A stretch of DNA of 64,000 nt from Zootoca vivipara (GCF_963506605.1 NC_083276.1:116994001-117058000); one strand, 5' to 3'. Shown: positions 1 through 13,253, counted from the first letter of the stretch. The notes: generated from the sequence alone by a model not told the origin. Translations and numbers: made by a program.

Positions 1-560
1 CGGGGCGGGGAGGCGGGGCCTGCTCGAGTCTCCACAGCCGCCTCAGGCGCGGCGCAGGGAGACGTTTCCCACACACTCGCGCTCCCTCAGACAACGGAGG
101 CCTGTCAGGGCCGCAGTCGCCCCCCACCCCGCGGCTTGTCTCTGTGGCGACCCCTCTCTCCTTCCTTCCAGCGAAGGTGAAAAATGGGAATGGGAAGCCG
201 AAGGCGTGGAACGAGTAGAGCCGCCACCCTTCCCCGCGAATCCCAGGGCGGACCGACCAACCCACGGCGGCCGGGGAAGGAAGAAGGGCCAGGATTCTGG
301 CCCCGCGGCCATGAGGCGCCAGGCGGGGAGGGCAGCCCAATGAAACCCTCTCGCCTCTTGAGACACGCCAGCATGTCTCCGATGGGCACGGCGGTCAGAT
401 TACGAGCGGGATGTTTCCGGCGGCCTTAACGCGGCTCGGCCTCTTCCCGCGCCCGTTTACCACGGAGGAAGAAAGCCGCCAATGGGTTGAATGGGGGCTA
501 CTTCGAAGTAACCGGGGCGTGTGTGGACAGTTCGCGCACGCAGGCCGTGGGCAAAGGGGA
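1..560. other. CpG-island-like segment at the window edge
   Basis: High GC and CpG density, GGGGCGGGG boxes at 2-18, CCAAT at ~479. Confidence 0.55.
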
Positions 561-621
561 TTCACAGGAGACACGCGTATACATACAGGCACATCCGATT
601 CAAGGAGAAAACTGGGAAGGG

Positions 622-735
622 AAATAATAATAATAATAAAATAATAATAATGGTACCAGCCCAATAATAATGATAATGGTACCCCCCCCCCCATCTGACT
701 GGGTTGCCCCAGCCACTCTGGGCGGCTTCCAACGT
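622..735 (-). mobile_element. LINE 3'-tail fragment in DLX1-DLX2 intergenic region; same family at ~2090-2150 and ~20955-21050
   Basis: (AAT)n plus CCCATCTGACTGGGTTGCCCCAGCCACTCTGGGCGGCTTCCAAC, which recurs several times in the window. Confidence 0.75.
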
Positions 736-3059
736 ACAATGTACATCTTAAGGTTGGCTGGCTTCCGTCGGTATTTGGAGCATAATTTGGCATAATTAGT
801 GATACTACGCGTCTGTAACATTTCCCAACTTCCTGTAAAGAGGGTTTGGAGTTTTTTTGTTTTGAAAAACATGCCCAGCTAGGCTTACCAAACCCTATTT
901 TGCAGCTTGTCGAAAATGGGCAGCCCCAAACACGTGGGTCCTCGGCCTCAATTTGGAAGAAACTCGCATGTTTGTACAAATAAAATTTCTCCCATCCGTC
1001 TTTACAACGTTTTTCAAACACACAACGTGCGTTAGAGGAGGCATTTTTTAAAGGCTTCCCCATAATCTCCTCCTCCAGGAGTTTTGTTTGTTTGGTGTTC
1101 TCTCTCAAGGCAGTTCAGTACTGTATTTTGGTGAAATACCAACGTGCTTGGAAAGGAAGGGAAACAACAGTCCACTGCCATCGTTTATTACTGTTGCAAG
1201 CAGACATCCGAGTGGTAGGTAGTCTTCTGAGCAAGAACAAACTTCCGATCGAGGACGAAATAGCAGCTCCGTCTATTGTCAGCTGGACTAACGGAGCTCT
1301 ACTGATTTCTGGGTGAAACTGATCCTGGCTTCCGATGGCAAGGAGCCTACACCAACTGGAAATGTATCAGATTTAGCAAGGCTGCATCGGTATGGGTTTA
1401 ATCACCAACAAAATACCGTTATAATTTACGGTCCAGAGGCAGGTTTGGATGCAGCTACAGACGTACCTGGTGGCTGAATGGTATCTACCTCAGGGTAGTG
1501 AGTGCAAATATGAGACAAGTGACTGCACCTGTGGCCCGGTGGGGGGAAACCCCACAATAATCGTATTTTGCAACCTTGCACCTCATCACACTAACAGGAC
1601 GGGGATATTGTGATTATTATTTACCGCTGAATGCGTGCATGTTGCATTTCAGGGCTTAGAATTAGATGAAGAAGGATCAAGCAGGAGTTGGTTGCATCTC
1701 TCATCAGGCGGCCTCAGCATCCAGGAAGCAACAGAGAGGTCCGACGCCTCGAGAATTAAGGTGTACATAACCGGGAATGTTTCTGGCCACGATTGGTAGA
1801 TTGCAAGGCATCACGTTCCTCCCTGGGGCTTTAAAATAAAAGTGGGGGGAGAGAACCCACCGTTTAAGTTGTCCTGCTTGAACGGAGACGCAGAGTCGAG
1901 GGAGATCGCAGCTGGGAAGACAGGAACCGGCTGGCGTTTCCAGATAACAGTATATATAGATATCTATGTATATGTATGCATATGTATGTACACACACACA
2001 CACGTGTTCCTGCTTGGAGGTGAATGTGCTCTACGATCAAAGTCGTCCACCTCTCCTTTGCCATTGTTATTATTGTCGTTCTGATCCTGAAGACCCAGCC
2101 AGATGGGCGGCGTATAAATAATAAAATTATTAAAAATTATTGTTATTATTGGCTCCAAAACACGTGTATATCGTCTCTTGTGGGGGGGGGGCAACATGGA
2201 TATCCCCTTCACACCCAAGGGTTCTCCCCGCCACACAACATTTCTTTCCCTCTTTCTGGTAACCTTTCGGGATCCAGCAGGGGAGAGAAAGAGACGGGGG
2301 GGGGCGTGGAGAGAGATTGAGAGAGATGCCTTAAGCAACAACGATCCCATTTCAGACCTTTAGCCTTGTTGCTACGTTTATTTGTCTTTAAGATTTCGCC
2401 TGGGTTTGGGGCGGGAGGGAATCTCACATGGCCACATCACAGGAGAGAGGGGTGGTGTGTGTGGGAGAGGGAGGGAGAGAGAGAGAGAGGGTGGGCCGGG
2501 AAAGAAAAGAGCTATTTTTCCTCCACCCCACCCCGCAACCCTCTGCCGCCCAGCTGCGCTGGTAAAAGCGGACAGGATGGGTAGTAGCGATGAGTGGTTA
2601 GTTCAGTTGCACAAATAACCCCACCCTACCTTCTCCAGAACGATCACGTCTGCCTGGTGGTTCACCTTGCCCCCCCCCCAATCAGTTCCCCTTAATTTCA
2701 GCTGCACCCCACTTCTTCTGGGACAACGGCTCGGTTTCACGCCCCCCCCGCCAGACCTTTCCTCCCGCTCCTGCTGCTTGTCAGAGCACCTAGTGCTTGC
2801 ATCGCCCCGGGGGGGGGGCAGGGGGAGTAGGTGGGGGAAAGAATTGTGAAAGCGCAGGGTGGCGCGTAATGTTGTGTAATTAACCCCCCACACACCCACC
2901 TTTTTCTTCTTTTTTCCAATGGGGGTGCCACCCTGGAACGCAAACTGAGCAAGGGGAATAAGCTCCCTTTGTATCTTGGGCTGGGTGGGGGGAGAGATGA
3001 TGGTCGGATGGGGGGGGGCTGGGTGGTTTTTTAAAAAATAATGCCACTGGGCAGGCGAT

Positions 3060-3760
3060 TTGCTCATTTGGCCCTATTTAAAGGGGTTGGGGTGAAAAGA
3101 ACACCCAAGAAATCCAATTAAAGCAGCTCTGGCCAAAGAGCTATTTGAGGCATGAATATCTCCCCTAAAGCTGTAGCAATCATGTGGCATTAGACACTTC
3201 CGGAATCCTATAGCCAACTTGAAAAATCCCAGANNNNNNNNNNNNNNNNNNNNNNNNNNNNNNNNNNNNNNNNNNNNNNNNNNNNNNNNNNNNNNNNNNN
3301 NNNNNNNNNNNNNNNNNNNNNNNNNNNNNNNNNNNNNNNNNNNNNNNNNNNNNNNNNNNNNNNNNNNNNNNNNNNNNNNNNNNNNNNNNNNNNNNNNNNN
3401 NNNNNNNNNNNNNNNNNNNNNNNNNNNNNNNNNNNNNNNNNNNNNNNNNNNNNNNNNNNNNNNNNNNNNNNNNNNNNNNNNNNNNNNNNNNNNNNNNNNN
3501 NNNNNNNNNNNNNNNNNNNNNNNNNNNNNNNNNNNNNNNNNNNNNNNNNNNNNNNNNNNNNNNNNNNNNNNNNNNNNNNNNNNNNNNNNNNNNNNNNNNN
3601 NNNNNNNNNNNNNNNNNNNNNNNNNNNNNNNNNNNNNNNNNNNNNNNNNNNNNNNNNNNNNNNNNNNNNNNNNNNNNNNNNNNNNNNNNNNNNNNNNNNN
3701 NNNNNNNNNNNGATATTCTGCAAGAGGAGGGCTGCGAAAAATCCTCCTGCGCTCAGAGGC
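3060..3760. promoter_or_regulatory. Probable I12a intergenic enhancer (mostly N, 3234-3711)
   Basis: Inferred from position (DLX2 side of I12b) and from non-repetitive flanks around a 478-nt N-run. The core cannot be read. Confidence 0.5.
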
Positions 3761-4235
3761 TGAGTTTCGGTTCCCAGGGACCTCAACCCCACATTTTTTG
3801 GGTGTCCTTTGGATATTTATTCTTATGGCGAGGCTCTTCCCCCCCACCAGCCCCCCAACTTAACCCCGACCCTTCTATTCACCTATTCCCCTCAACTTTT
3901 TCCTACCAACGTGCTGGTTCCAACCTTTTGCAATAAAGCAAAAGCGAATGGGGATTGCAGGAAAATTGACACCGAAGGTAAGTTAAGTGTGGTTGAGGGG
4001 CGCGGCGGGACGGGACGGGACAGGGGATAACAGGGCTTCCCTCTTTTTTATTTTTTATTTATTTTCAGTTCTTTTCTTTCTCCTCTTTCCATTCTCCGCC
4101 ACTCAGCAACCTCCACTTTTATGGGAAGCATCCTGCCTCTCGACTTTCCCAGCTCCGGGATAGGAGAAAAGGCGGAGGAGCTGATGGCGCATCAACCAAT
4201 TCTTCATCCAAAACTTCTTGTCAGTTGTGTCAAGA

Positions 4236-4238
<3 letters not shown>

Positions 4239-4284
<46 letters not shown>
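4239..4284. repeat. (GT)n microsatellite
   Basis: Seen directly. Other (CA/GT)n tracts at ~8226, ~9477, ~21827, ~31387 and ~33953. Confidence 0.95.
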
Positions 4285-4285
<1 letters not shown>

Positions 4286-5199
4286 GCATGAGGACTGGTG
4301 GGGAGGAGTGGCGCGGGGAGAGAAATGGGTGCTCAGTCCCTTAAGGTTTATATAGTATACGAAGGTAAAGACGGGGAGGGCCGCGCGCTTGACTTCGAGG
4401 ACTCTGCAAGTCGTTGAATATATATATATTTATATATGTCCCGGATCCACCTTTTGGTTTGTGTCTCCGTTCTTGAAGTAAAGCTGTGTAGGTAACGAGA
4501 GAGAGGCAGTGGCTAGCCGTGGAGAACAAGCGTGACGGTGTGGAGCGCGCAGCCACCGAGTGAGGCTGACATTGGAGAAGGGTGGGGGGGGCTTCTTTTC
4601 CAACGATGTGCCCCCCACACTTTCCTTTCACCTACCTGCTTTTAATAGCAAAAAGAGGACAAGAAGTAAAGCTGAGCATAGGAACGAGGGAACCCCCCCC
4701 CCCCCGTTTCCCGTCGCCCCCGTCCTTGACTGCCATCTCTCTCTCTCTCTCTCTCTCCTTTGATCATTTGCACTGATTTAAAGAGCTTTCTCTCTTGTAA
4801 CATTTACTTGAGCACACCCAAAGTTTGCATGTGGGTAGGTGCATATGGGTTTAAGAGGGGGGGGGACTTCGCACAGCACCCCCTTCTAATAATCTGCTCA
4901 TGGTGAAAGACCATGGCTAAAACGTCTACTAGTCGAGAGTTTCCTTTTGTCATACGCGAGTGGGAAACGCGTGTGTTGCGTGTGCTGGAAAGAGAGAGAG
5001 AGAGAATGGGAAGAAGGCAGATGGATGTAATCTGGATGGGATTTATATGTTGGACTGTTTGAAAATGCAGAGATGCAGCTGGGCTTTGCTGTGGGAGACT
5101 GACAAGTCCCCAGCTATTGAGGGGGTTCTTTAATACGAAAGAGTTGTGGGTGGATATGGGGATGGGGAGGGGGAGTGAAGATTTTGTTTTTTAAGCAGG

Positions 5200-5720
5200 A
5201 CATATTAAAGAGGTATCTGTTGTTTGGCAATTTTGCTAAGTCGGTCATCATTACTTCAACACTGTGCATTTGCTAATTTTGAAGTCCGCTTTTTTTCCTC
5301 CCCCCCCCCCCCCCTTGACAGCCCGGGCTCCGCACACCTGCAGGCAATTTGCTGCGCTCCACTCTGCAGAGCAGAGAATGGAGCGAGAAGGGATGGCAGC
5401 TCTCTCGCACCTATTTTATTTCTTTCTGTCTCTCTCTCTCCTCCCTTCTTCNNNNNNNNNNNNNNNNNNNNNNNNNNNNNNNNNNNNNNNNNNNNNNNNN
5501 NNNNNNNNNNNNNNNNNNNNNNNNNNNNNNNNNNNNNNNNNNNNNNNNNNNNNNNNNNNNNNNNNNNNNNNNNNNNNNNNNNNNNNNNNNNNNNNNNNNN
5601 NNNNNNNNNNNNNNNNNNNNNNNNNNNNNNNNNNNNNNNNNNNNNNNNNNNNNNNNNNNNNNNNNNNNNNNNNNNNNNNNNNNNNNNNNNNNNNNNNNNN
5701 NNNNNNNNNNNNNNNNNNNN
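5200..5720. promoter_or_regulatory. I12b Dlx1/2 intergenic forebrain enhancer (core hidden in N-run 5452-5720)
   Basis: 5200-5420 matches, block by block, the reverse complement of human I12b as I recall it (TATCTGTTGTTTGGCAATTTTGCTAAG, CTGTGCATTTGCTAATTT, CACCTGCA.GCAATTTGC, GATGGCAGCTC, CGCACCTATTT). Position 3' of DLX1 is as expected. Confidence 0.8.
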
Positions 5721-5926
5721 GGGAGAGGGGGAAAAAGTCATTTTGATTATCATTAAGCTGTGTGTAACCTATTGCAGAAGTGTTGAGAAATGAGGGGCTG
5801 GCGCTTCCTTTCCTCAACCCCCACCCCACCCCAAAATGGGGAAAATACATATCCCTAAATTGCACATTTTGTATTTTGTATTTTGCCATGGGCAGATTTT
5901 TCCGGGAGGGTTCTGTGTTTGCAGGG

Positions 5927-5993
<67 letters not shown>

Positions 5994-6400
5994 GTGGGGA
6001 AGGCGTAATATTCGAAATCAGTTTTTAATCATTGTAATGAGGTATTGTTTCAATAGAAGCCCTTTCGGATGATTCAGAATTTAATTAATATCCTCATTAT
6101 GAACATCTTCGAATCAGATATTTGATGAACTGCTTGTCAGTAACAAGGCAGAATTAATTAGGTCTGTGGTGAGATTAACATTTGCAAATGTACAGTTATA
6201 ATAGGCGCTAACTCGAGCCCGCCTTCGTTGGGAGAAAACTAATAATTTCTCCATTTGGACGGTTTAGCAAGACCTTTATTGAATTAAGAGGAGCCGCACA
6301 GCAACGGAGAGCAACCCAGCCAGAAGTTTCCTTGACCATCGCGGTTGGATTTCGGTTTTGATTTCCGAATAATTCTTTCTCGCATTCAGACAGAGAGCCG
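5721..6400. promoter_or_regulatory. Candidate conserved non-coding element next to I12b
   Basis: Unique AT-rich sequence with many homeodomain TAAT/ATTA cores (TTAATTAA, GAATTAATTAGG) within GC/SSR-rich surroundings; interrupted by a (GA)n tract. Confidence 0.55.
5929..5991. repeat. (GA)n microsatellite
   Basis: Seen directly. Confidence 0.95.
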
Positions 6401-8223
6401 CTGGATTCGGGCGGCGTCAGGCTTTCTCGGGGAGGGGAAGTGAGGGGGGGGCGCAAAGCGGCCACCACCGGCTCCGGCATGTGTGGTTCAAGCGTCTCTG
6501 CTAACCACCGGGTGGCGGCCAGATTTTGTCTTCGGGGGAGATCTAGGAAACCAGTCAATGAGGTTTCAGGAAGCCCCTCCGGGCTACTTCTCTCTTTCTT
6601 CCCCGGGGAATCCGGCGGGCTGGGATTCTCCCACGGCCTGGCCTGTCTGTCTCTCCTCCAAGCTGCTTCAGTTCCTTCTGCTGCCTTCCCACCCCCGTCC
6701 GTCCACCCCCACCCCCACACACCCCACATACATACATACACACACAAAATCACACACCGTACTATGGTGCCTTAGCTCCCTCCCGCTTTCCATCTCTCTC
6801 CCAAGTACATTAGCCAGAGAGGGCCGCATCATTTGATCACTCATCGCCCAGAATTGAAAAATGGGTGCGTGTCAAAACAAAAATCGATACAATTTATCAT
6901 TCGCTTCCTCCTCCAGCAGCCTCCCGGAAACCTACTCCCCACCCCCGCAACACCCACCCACTTTTGCCTCCTCCTCTCCCCACCCACTCACCCCATAGGG
7001 AACTTGCAAGCGGATGCAATCCTCAGCTTGGAGGAAATGGGGGTGGGGGGAGCGAAAGGGAGAAGGAACTTCCTTCTCTGTCTCAGAAATACAGAACAAA
7101 GATGATCTTGCCAAGGCAGCGGGAAAGCCCTGGCTCTGGGATCTCGGTCCTGATCCCAGCGGTGATCTATCTAGTTTTAATCTTTCTTTTGCTTGCTTTC
7201 CTCCGCCCGCTTGGTAGGACGTACTGAACTTTGCCGGCGGAATTTGCCCGAGTGACGCATCTCACTTGCCATTTGCCCCGAGGAACGAAACCACGACAGG
7301 CCCCACGTGCCGCTCTGCAAGCTCCTTTTCAGTTCCCTGCAAGGGAAATATGGAAAGTGTCCTCGTTCTGGCTCTGGGGTGATGGATCTGAAGGCTTATG
7401 TGGGTTGGTTGTTTATTCATTTTTAATAATAACTAAGCTGAGGATGTGGGTGGGCGGGGGTCGAGGGACATAATGCATCCTTCAGAGACTTTGGTGGTGT
7501 GCCTCAGAAATATCTCTTGAATTTTGTCTTGTCCTGATGAGCAAAGAAGGAACCAACACACACAGTCAGAGTTGTTCTTCTCCAAAAGCGGTGGCGCTTT
7601 GATCCTCCAAAACCATGTGTGCAAGGCGCAAAAGCATGTGCAAGGCGCCCAAAGTTTCCCCCTCCCCTGATCTCTCACACACAGAGAGACCACCCATAGA
7701 GAAAGATAGTAAAAACAACCCCCAAACGATGATCCACCGCTTTCTTCAATCCCTCGCCTTCCTCGCTGCCCTCCACCCCAAACTCAGTTTTATTTTATTG
7801 CCCAGGTGCATTTGTAGGGGCGAAACTAGGCTTTCTGTTACCCAGGTCAAAGACCCAGTTTGGCATCCCCCGTGCATGCTTGCCTACATATACACATACA
7901 TATGCGATGCCCATAGAAATCTTTTTTTCCCCCTCTCCTTTCTTCCTAGGCATCAGCTTCCCAATAACTGCTGTCCAGACAGATGCGCGTCTCCGAGGGG
8001 AAGGCTCCGCTGGAGCCGGTCCCAGCCTCCTGGATCCTTAATAGAGAGAGGCGGCATCATGTTTTAGGGCTGGAAACGGGTGTAGCTGCCAATTTCCTCA
8101 ACTGGAAAGTTTGAGCTTGACGAAACGGTGCAGGAGGTAGTGACAAGTCTTTGGGTTTGTTTGGGGGATGAATAATAATAAAAAAGGAGAGCTAAAACTC
8201 AGGGCAGCAAGAGGGGCGAAAAG

Positions 8224-8270
<47 letters not shown>

Positions 8271-9014
8271 TGTGTGCTCCAAGCTGTCCCTCAGGATTTC
8301 TCTTCCTTTTGAAATCCCGCGGGACCTCAGCTCCTAGACCTCAGCGCCTCTGAAACCAGCGGCAAGCCCGTCATTAATATTTTTTTTTTTTGCCCATTTT
8401 CCTCTAAGAATGCAACCGCAGACCTTTATCACTAGCTACCGGTAGCACCTGTTCTGCCTCCTGAGCCTACCGCAAGTGCGCAGTCACTGCATTCCCCCTC
8501 CTGCCCCCGCAAAGGGAAAGGCGACCGGGTAGGATGGAATTAAGCATAGCACCTTGCCTGGAAAGCTGCCTGGGAGAAAGTCTCTCCATATTTCAGCCCT
8601 TAGCTCGCTGAAGAGTTATTTATAGAAGCAACCATAAATTCAAGATCGTAGGGGGAGTTAGGGAACAAGCAAAGGAAAAGCGTTGTAGTAGATGGCAGCC
8701 CAGATTAGGTCTGGGCTTCTTCTCACCCATGCACACTGTTGCACTGAGTCGCCCCTGCGCCCTGCGCTTCCATTTGCAAGAGCCTTCCTTAATGTCCTGC
8801 AGAAGATCCGGCCCGGCTTCTCACTTCACAACTGAACGTTTCCCTCGCGCATTTAAGGTTTTTTGTTTCCACCCGACCACCGTAGCGCATCCAGAATGGA
8901 TGCAGGAACCAGGATCCTGAGCGCACAACTCACCCTTGATTTCATTTTACACACGCGCGCGCGATGCCTCGTTAGGGACTGAGCATCGTTAGGGACGATC
9001 TTTAGATCGTGCGG

Positions 9015-9472
9015 TTTATTCCTTTTAACCCAAGTTACAAATTATTCTCTCCACAGCAGGTCACATTTCCAATCAGTCAGCTGCCTTTTTCTTTTTTTTC
9101 TTTTCACGACTACGGATAGCAAGGTAGGATGTCCTAAAGTCCCCCTGTCCTGTTATCCTCTGCCCCGGCAGGAAACATAATTTCACACTATCAAAACAAA
9201 CTTTTCATCGTATTATGTGTGCAAATATTAGGGCAGGGCCAGGACGGTGAGGGTGGCTGAATCAGGGCTGCGTTGGGTGGGCTTGTGTGTGTGTGTGTTC
9301 ATCTTTTTTTGTTTTGTTTTTGTTCCCCCACCCCATATAAATTTTTTTAAAAAATAAGTTAATATCCTCAATGTAAAATTAACACTGACATTTTAGAGCA
9401 CTAAAGGAACAGCGCGGAATCCCAAGGCTAGTATCGCATCTTCCGACATAGAGCGCGAGAGAGGGTGGTTTG

Positions 9473-9510
<38 letters not shown>

Positions 9511-11113
9511 GTGACAGGCAAAATCTCCAAGAATCTCAGCTTTCACAATGCATCATATATTGTAGCCACACGCCCGATTTAAATAAAAAATAAAAAACAA
9601 TGCGGGGGGAGAGAACGGACCCGAAACAATTAAAAAGCTTTTACAGGACAACATTATTAATTTTTTATATTAAAAAATGTATAGCTACTAAAGGTTGCAC
9701 TTGAAAATAGGCGCAGGGAGATTTCACATTGATAATTCCGTGGGGTTAAGAATTTGAGATTAAAGGGAGCTGCCTGAACACGGGCATGGTTACTTCGCTA
9801 AAAGCAAAGAAAACAACGCCTTGGCCTGACTCTGCTTCCAAAGCAAACTACCATGCTTTATTTCTCTACTCCCCCCCCTTCTGATTCTCTCTCTGTTATA
9901 ATTAACTTGAGATGTGCGCTAAACGGGTAAGGATTAGATCTCTCCATAAATGTGTGTATGAAACCCGAATGCTCCCGTTCCCGTCTCCCCCACACCTTCC
10001 CGAAACAGAAAAGCGAATGCACACAGATTAAAATTAAAATTAAACTGAGCGCCTGAGCATCTCCTCCCTATTACCCGCAAGTGTGCGAGGTCGTCGACTT
10101 TGAAACAAACAGCATGAAAACAACGTCACTTCTGCAAACCAGATCTGCCCGTAAGTTTATTATTATTATTTTTATAGAAAAATGCTTAGGACTCTCATAG
10201 TGGTAGATTTCAAAGTCAATAAATAATAATAATTTAAACAACAAAAAAATCCCCCCTTTCCCCTTCGACAGAAAAAAATATATATACACCGAGGACTAAC
10301 AACGAACATTATGGGAGGTGGCGNNNNNNNNNNNNNNNNNNNNNNNNNNNNNNNNNNNNNNNNNNNNNNNNNNNNNNNNNNNNNNNNNNNNNNNNNNNNN
10401 NNNNNNNNNNNNNNNNNNNNNNNNNNNNNNNNNNNNNNNNNNNNNNNNNNNTCGGAGACCAGAAAACTCGGGATGAAGGGAATGACCTACATTTCATTAG
10501 AACAGACATGAGAGACAGACAAGAAAGAGGACATAGCTTCCTCCCCGCCCCTCTTCCTGGTACAAACAGATTATTCTTCTCATATTTTTTTTTCCTGATT
10601 GTCCAACCAAGCCGAGGGTCGGTTTTTCCGGCGCTGCTGGCAGGCTGTTGTCCGGCTGCTCTCGAGCCGATCCGTGGCTGCCGCGTCAGCTGTCTGCACT
10701 GGGAACCAGCCCCGCGTCGCATCTGTGCCTGCCTCGCCCGGCAGCTCAGCAGCGGCTGCGCCCAGGAGGACTTTCCCAAAGACGGTCCTCGCGTGGCGTG
10801 TCCTTTTTTCCTTTTCCTTTTTTGTTTTGTTTTTTGGCTGGCGCCTCTTCCCACGTTGCCTTTTCTCAGGCTCTTTGGGTCGTGCGTGCGCTTTCCCCAA
10901 ACTAACCACAGTGTTCGAGCGCGTGTTTGTGTGGGGTGTTTAGTAATTTTTCCCCCTTTTTCTTTTAAGTATTCTGGTTGATGCCGACGGAGAGATCGGC
11001 TTGTTGATTCAACTTTTTCTTTCTTTCTTATTATTATTTCAAAAAAACAAAAAAACGAACGAAACGAGCGAAATACCAAACTCAAAAGAAACTGCCCTCC
11101 AAAAAAACCCCAA
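9015..11113 (-). other. DLX1: Probable DLX1 3'UTR with candidate poly(A) signal at 9015-9020
   Basis: Follows the stop codon and contains AT-rich blocks. Minus-strand AATAAA at 9015-9020 and Pumilio-type TGTATATA at 10281-10288. The true end is uncertain. Confidence 0.45.
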
Positions 11114-11368
11114 TCACATCAGCTGAGGCTGCTGCATAGTTTCCTGGTGGGCCGAAGGGTACCAAGACGTGTAGCTGGGGATGTAAGTGGCCGGGGTCCC
11201 AGCGGAGGTCTTACCCGACGTCGAGGTGGTGTTCCAAACTGGGGGCACTGGGGGGGAACTGGCAGACAGGGACCTGCCGTTGGCCAGAGCGCTGCTTTCC
11301 AAAGCGGCCCCTCCTTGCTTCATCAGTTTCTTGAATTTGGAGCGCTTGTTTTGGAACCAGATCTTGAC
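11114..11368 (-). CDS. DLX1: DLX1 coding exon 3 (255 nt incl. stop)
   Basis: Acceptor GACAG|GTC. Encodes VKIWFQNKRSKFKKLMKQGG...SWYPSAHQETMQQPQLM*. Exon sum 313+200+255=768 nt = 255 aa + stop. Confidence 0.98.
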   Translation of the reverse strand, partial: VKIWFQNKRSKFKKLMKQGGAALESSALANGRSLSASSPPVPPVWNTTSTSGKTSAGTPATYIPSYTSWYPSAHQETMQQPQLM

Positions 11369-11862
11369 CTGTCCCCAAAGGGGGGTTGGGGAGAGAGAGA
11401 GAAACGAAAGTTGAAGGCGCCAGCAGAGAAGACAAGCCAGACAGAATCCGGGAGGCAACAGGAAAAAGGGCACCCAGTGGCCAAGAGGGTCTCTGCCCGG
11501 AGAAATCCGGTGCCAGGCCCAAGGCCACGCTTGGTTGCGATCCCCCACCCCAAGGGAGCGACGCATGATTGATACCAACGCGCGTCTTTCGCTCAGGGGA
11601 CCAAATTTCCGGAAATGGAGGCGCACTACAAGTGTGCATGCACACTAAAGCTCATACATATGACAAACTTAGTTGGTCTCTAAGGTGCTACTGGAAGGAT
11701 TTTGTTTGTTTGTTTGTTTCTCCCCTTTCTTTAGGGGAGCGAAGCGGCCCTCCAAAACCACACTCAGTAAACAAAACAAAAAAAGCTCCCCCAAAACAAA
11801 TGCGTAAATGCATCAACAGCGAAGTGTGTGGGTCATTCGAAGAGCCACAATGAAAGTTTATT

Positions 11863-11894
<32 letters not shown>

Positions 11895-13053
11895 TATATG
11901 CACGGATTGAGAACAGGAAGGCCTGCTGATTTCCATCTGAGGCAACATCCGATTTTGTTTGTTGGTTTTTTAAGGCCTAGTAATCCTAAAGACAATCCCA
12001 ACTACAGTTGCTGAAATCACGCCGCCATCCTTAATTAAAGTTCCTGCGACCTGCGCCACAAGGAAGGTGGGACCGCCTTGCTCCAAGAGAAGCAAGTTTT
12101 AGGAGGGTGATACATCACAGAGGCAAAAGGCCTCGGATCTCCCAGGCTCCAAAGCCCAAGAGGGACCCAAGTCTAGACAAATGAAATATTTTATTTGGAG
12201 CAATTTAAACAAGAAGAATAAGAAAAAATCGCATTTTGCAACGGGGATCAGTCTATTTGGGTGACAAGTACAATTCCATCCCCACCCCCCTGTACATCTC
12301 TCTCAGATAGACAAAGGTGAAGATTTGATGGTGGTTGAGAAGATAAGAGCGCGCGCCTTTGTATGGGATTCGAGGGAGAGAGGAGCCTTCTTTTAAACCA
12401 AACTAAATAGGGTCCTCCAAGACTTGAAAGACGGGCAATTAAACCGCTGGAGGAGATTGTGATATCCTTCATAAATGGAGATCTAATCACCTACATCTTC
12501 AAGACATCACCTGGGCACCTTTGTTTGTTTGTTTGTTGGAGGGGAATTAGTTCCGCTGGGTTCAGGAAGACCGCGTTAGCCAGGCATAGGAAAGGGGCAG
12601 CTACTATCACTGGGGACACCATTCTCCCAGAAATTGCCCTTAAAAAGAGGCCTGCCACTCTCCAGTGTTGGAGATCCTTGGAATGTTAACGCGGGGGTTG
12701 GAGAGAGAGAGATCGACTTATTTTATGGCAAGCTCTTGAAGAAACGTCAATGAGATTGGGGGTTTCCTAAATCTTAAATGCGCTTCGGAAGGTAGGAGAG
12801 CGAACATGGTCCTGGTGGTGGGGCAGCAGCGGAGCAGAAGAAGGTCTTTTTCGACTGATGCTTCGGAGGGGCTCTCTGCCCCACCACCTACCCTGCCCAG
12901 CTTCCCCCGGGACCTTGCCTCTTGGGCCTCGGGACTCGGGATGTATGGCGAGCCGAGAGGGCCGCGGGCAGGCGAGGCCGCCAGGAAGACGCTCGGGCTG
13001 CAGGGATGGGGCTGAGAGGGCGACGGATGCCAGGTGCTGCTGGCGCTGCCTAC

Positions 13054-13253
13054 CTGGGTCTGGGTGAGCCCCAAGGAGGCGGCCAGCTCGGCTCTCTCGG
13101 GCAAAGCCAGGTACTGAGTCTGCTGGAACCTCCGGTTCAAAGCCTGCAGCTGCAAACTGGAGTAAATAGTCCGGGGCTTTCGGATTTTTTTCCCTTTGCC
13201 GTTGAAGCGCACTTCTCCGCCTTCCACCACGGTGCTTTTCTCCGTCTCGGCCC
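13054..13253 (-). CDS. DLX1: DLX1 coding exon 2 (200 nt), N-terminal part of homeodomain
   Basis: Acceptor TTGCAG|GG and donor CAG|GTAGGC. Encodes [67 protein letters not shown]. Confidence 0.98.

Noticed and set aside
3071-3086. CCCTATTTAAAGGGG as a CArG or TATA box
   Set aside because: It has eight A/T bases rather than six, and no supporting promoter evidence.
1-3200. DLX2 coding sequence or other genes (e.g. ORF 395-1108, 237 aa)
   Set aside because: No homeodomain or DLX2-like residues; the ORFs run through a LINE tail and simple repeats.
3074-3863. Long ORFs containing X runs (here and at the other N-runs)
   Set aside because: Artefacts of translating Ns.
6000-13000. Dlx1 antisense lncRNA
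   Set aside because: Known in mouse, but exons cannot be defined from sequence alone here.
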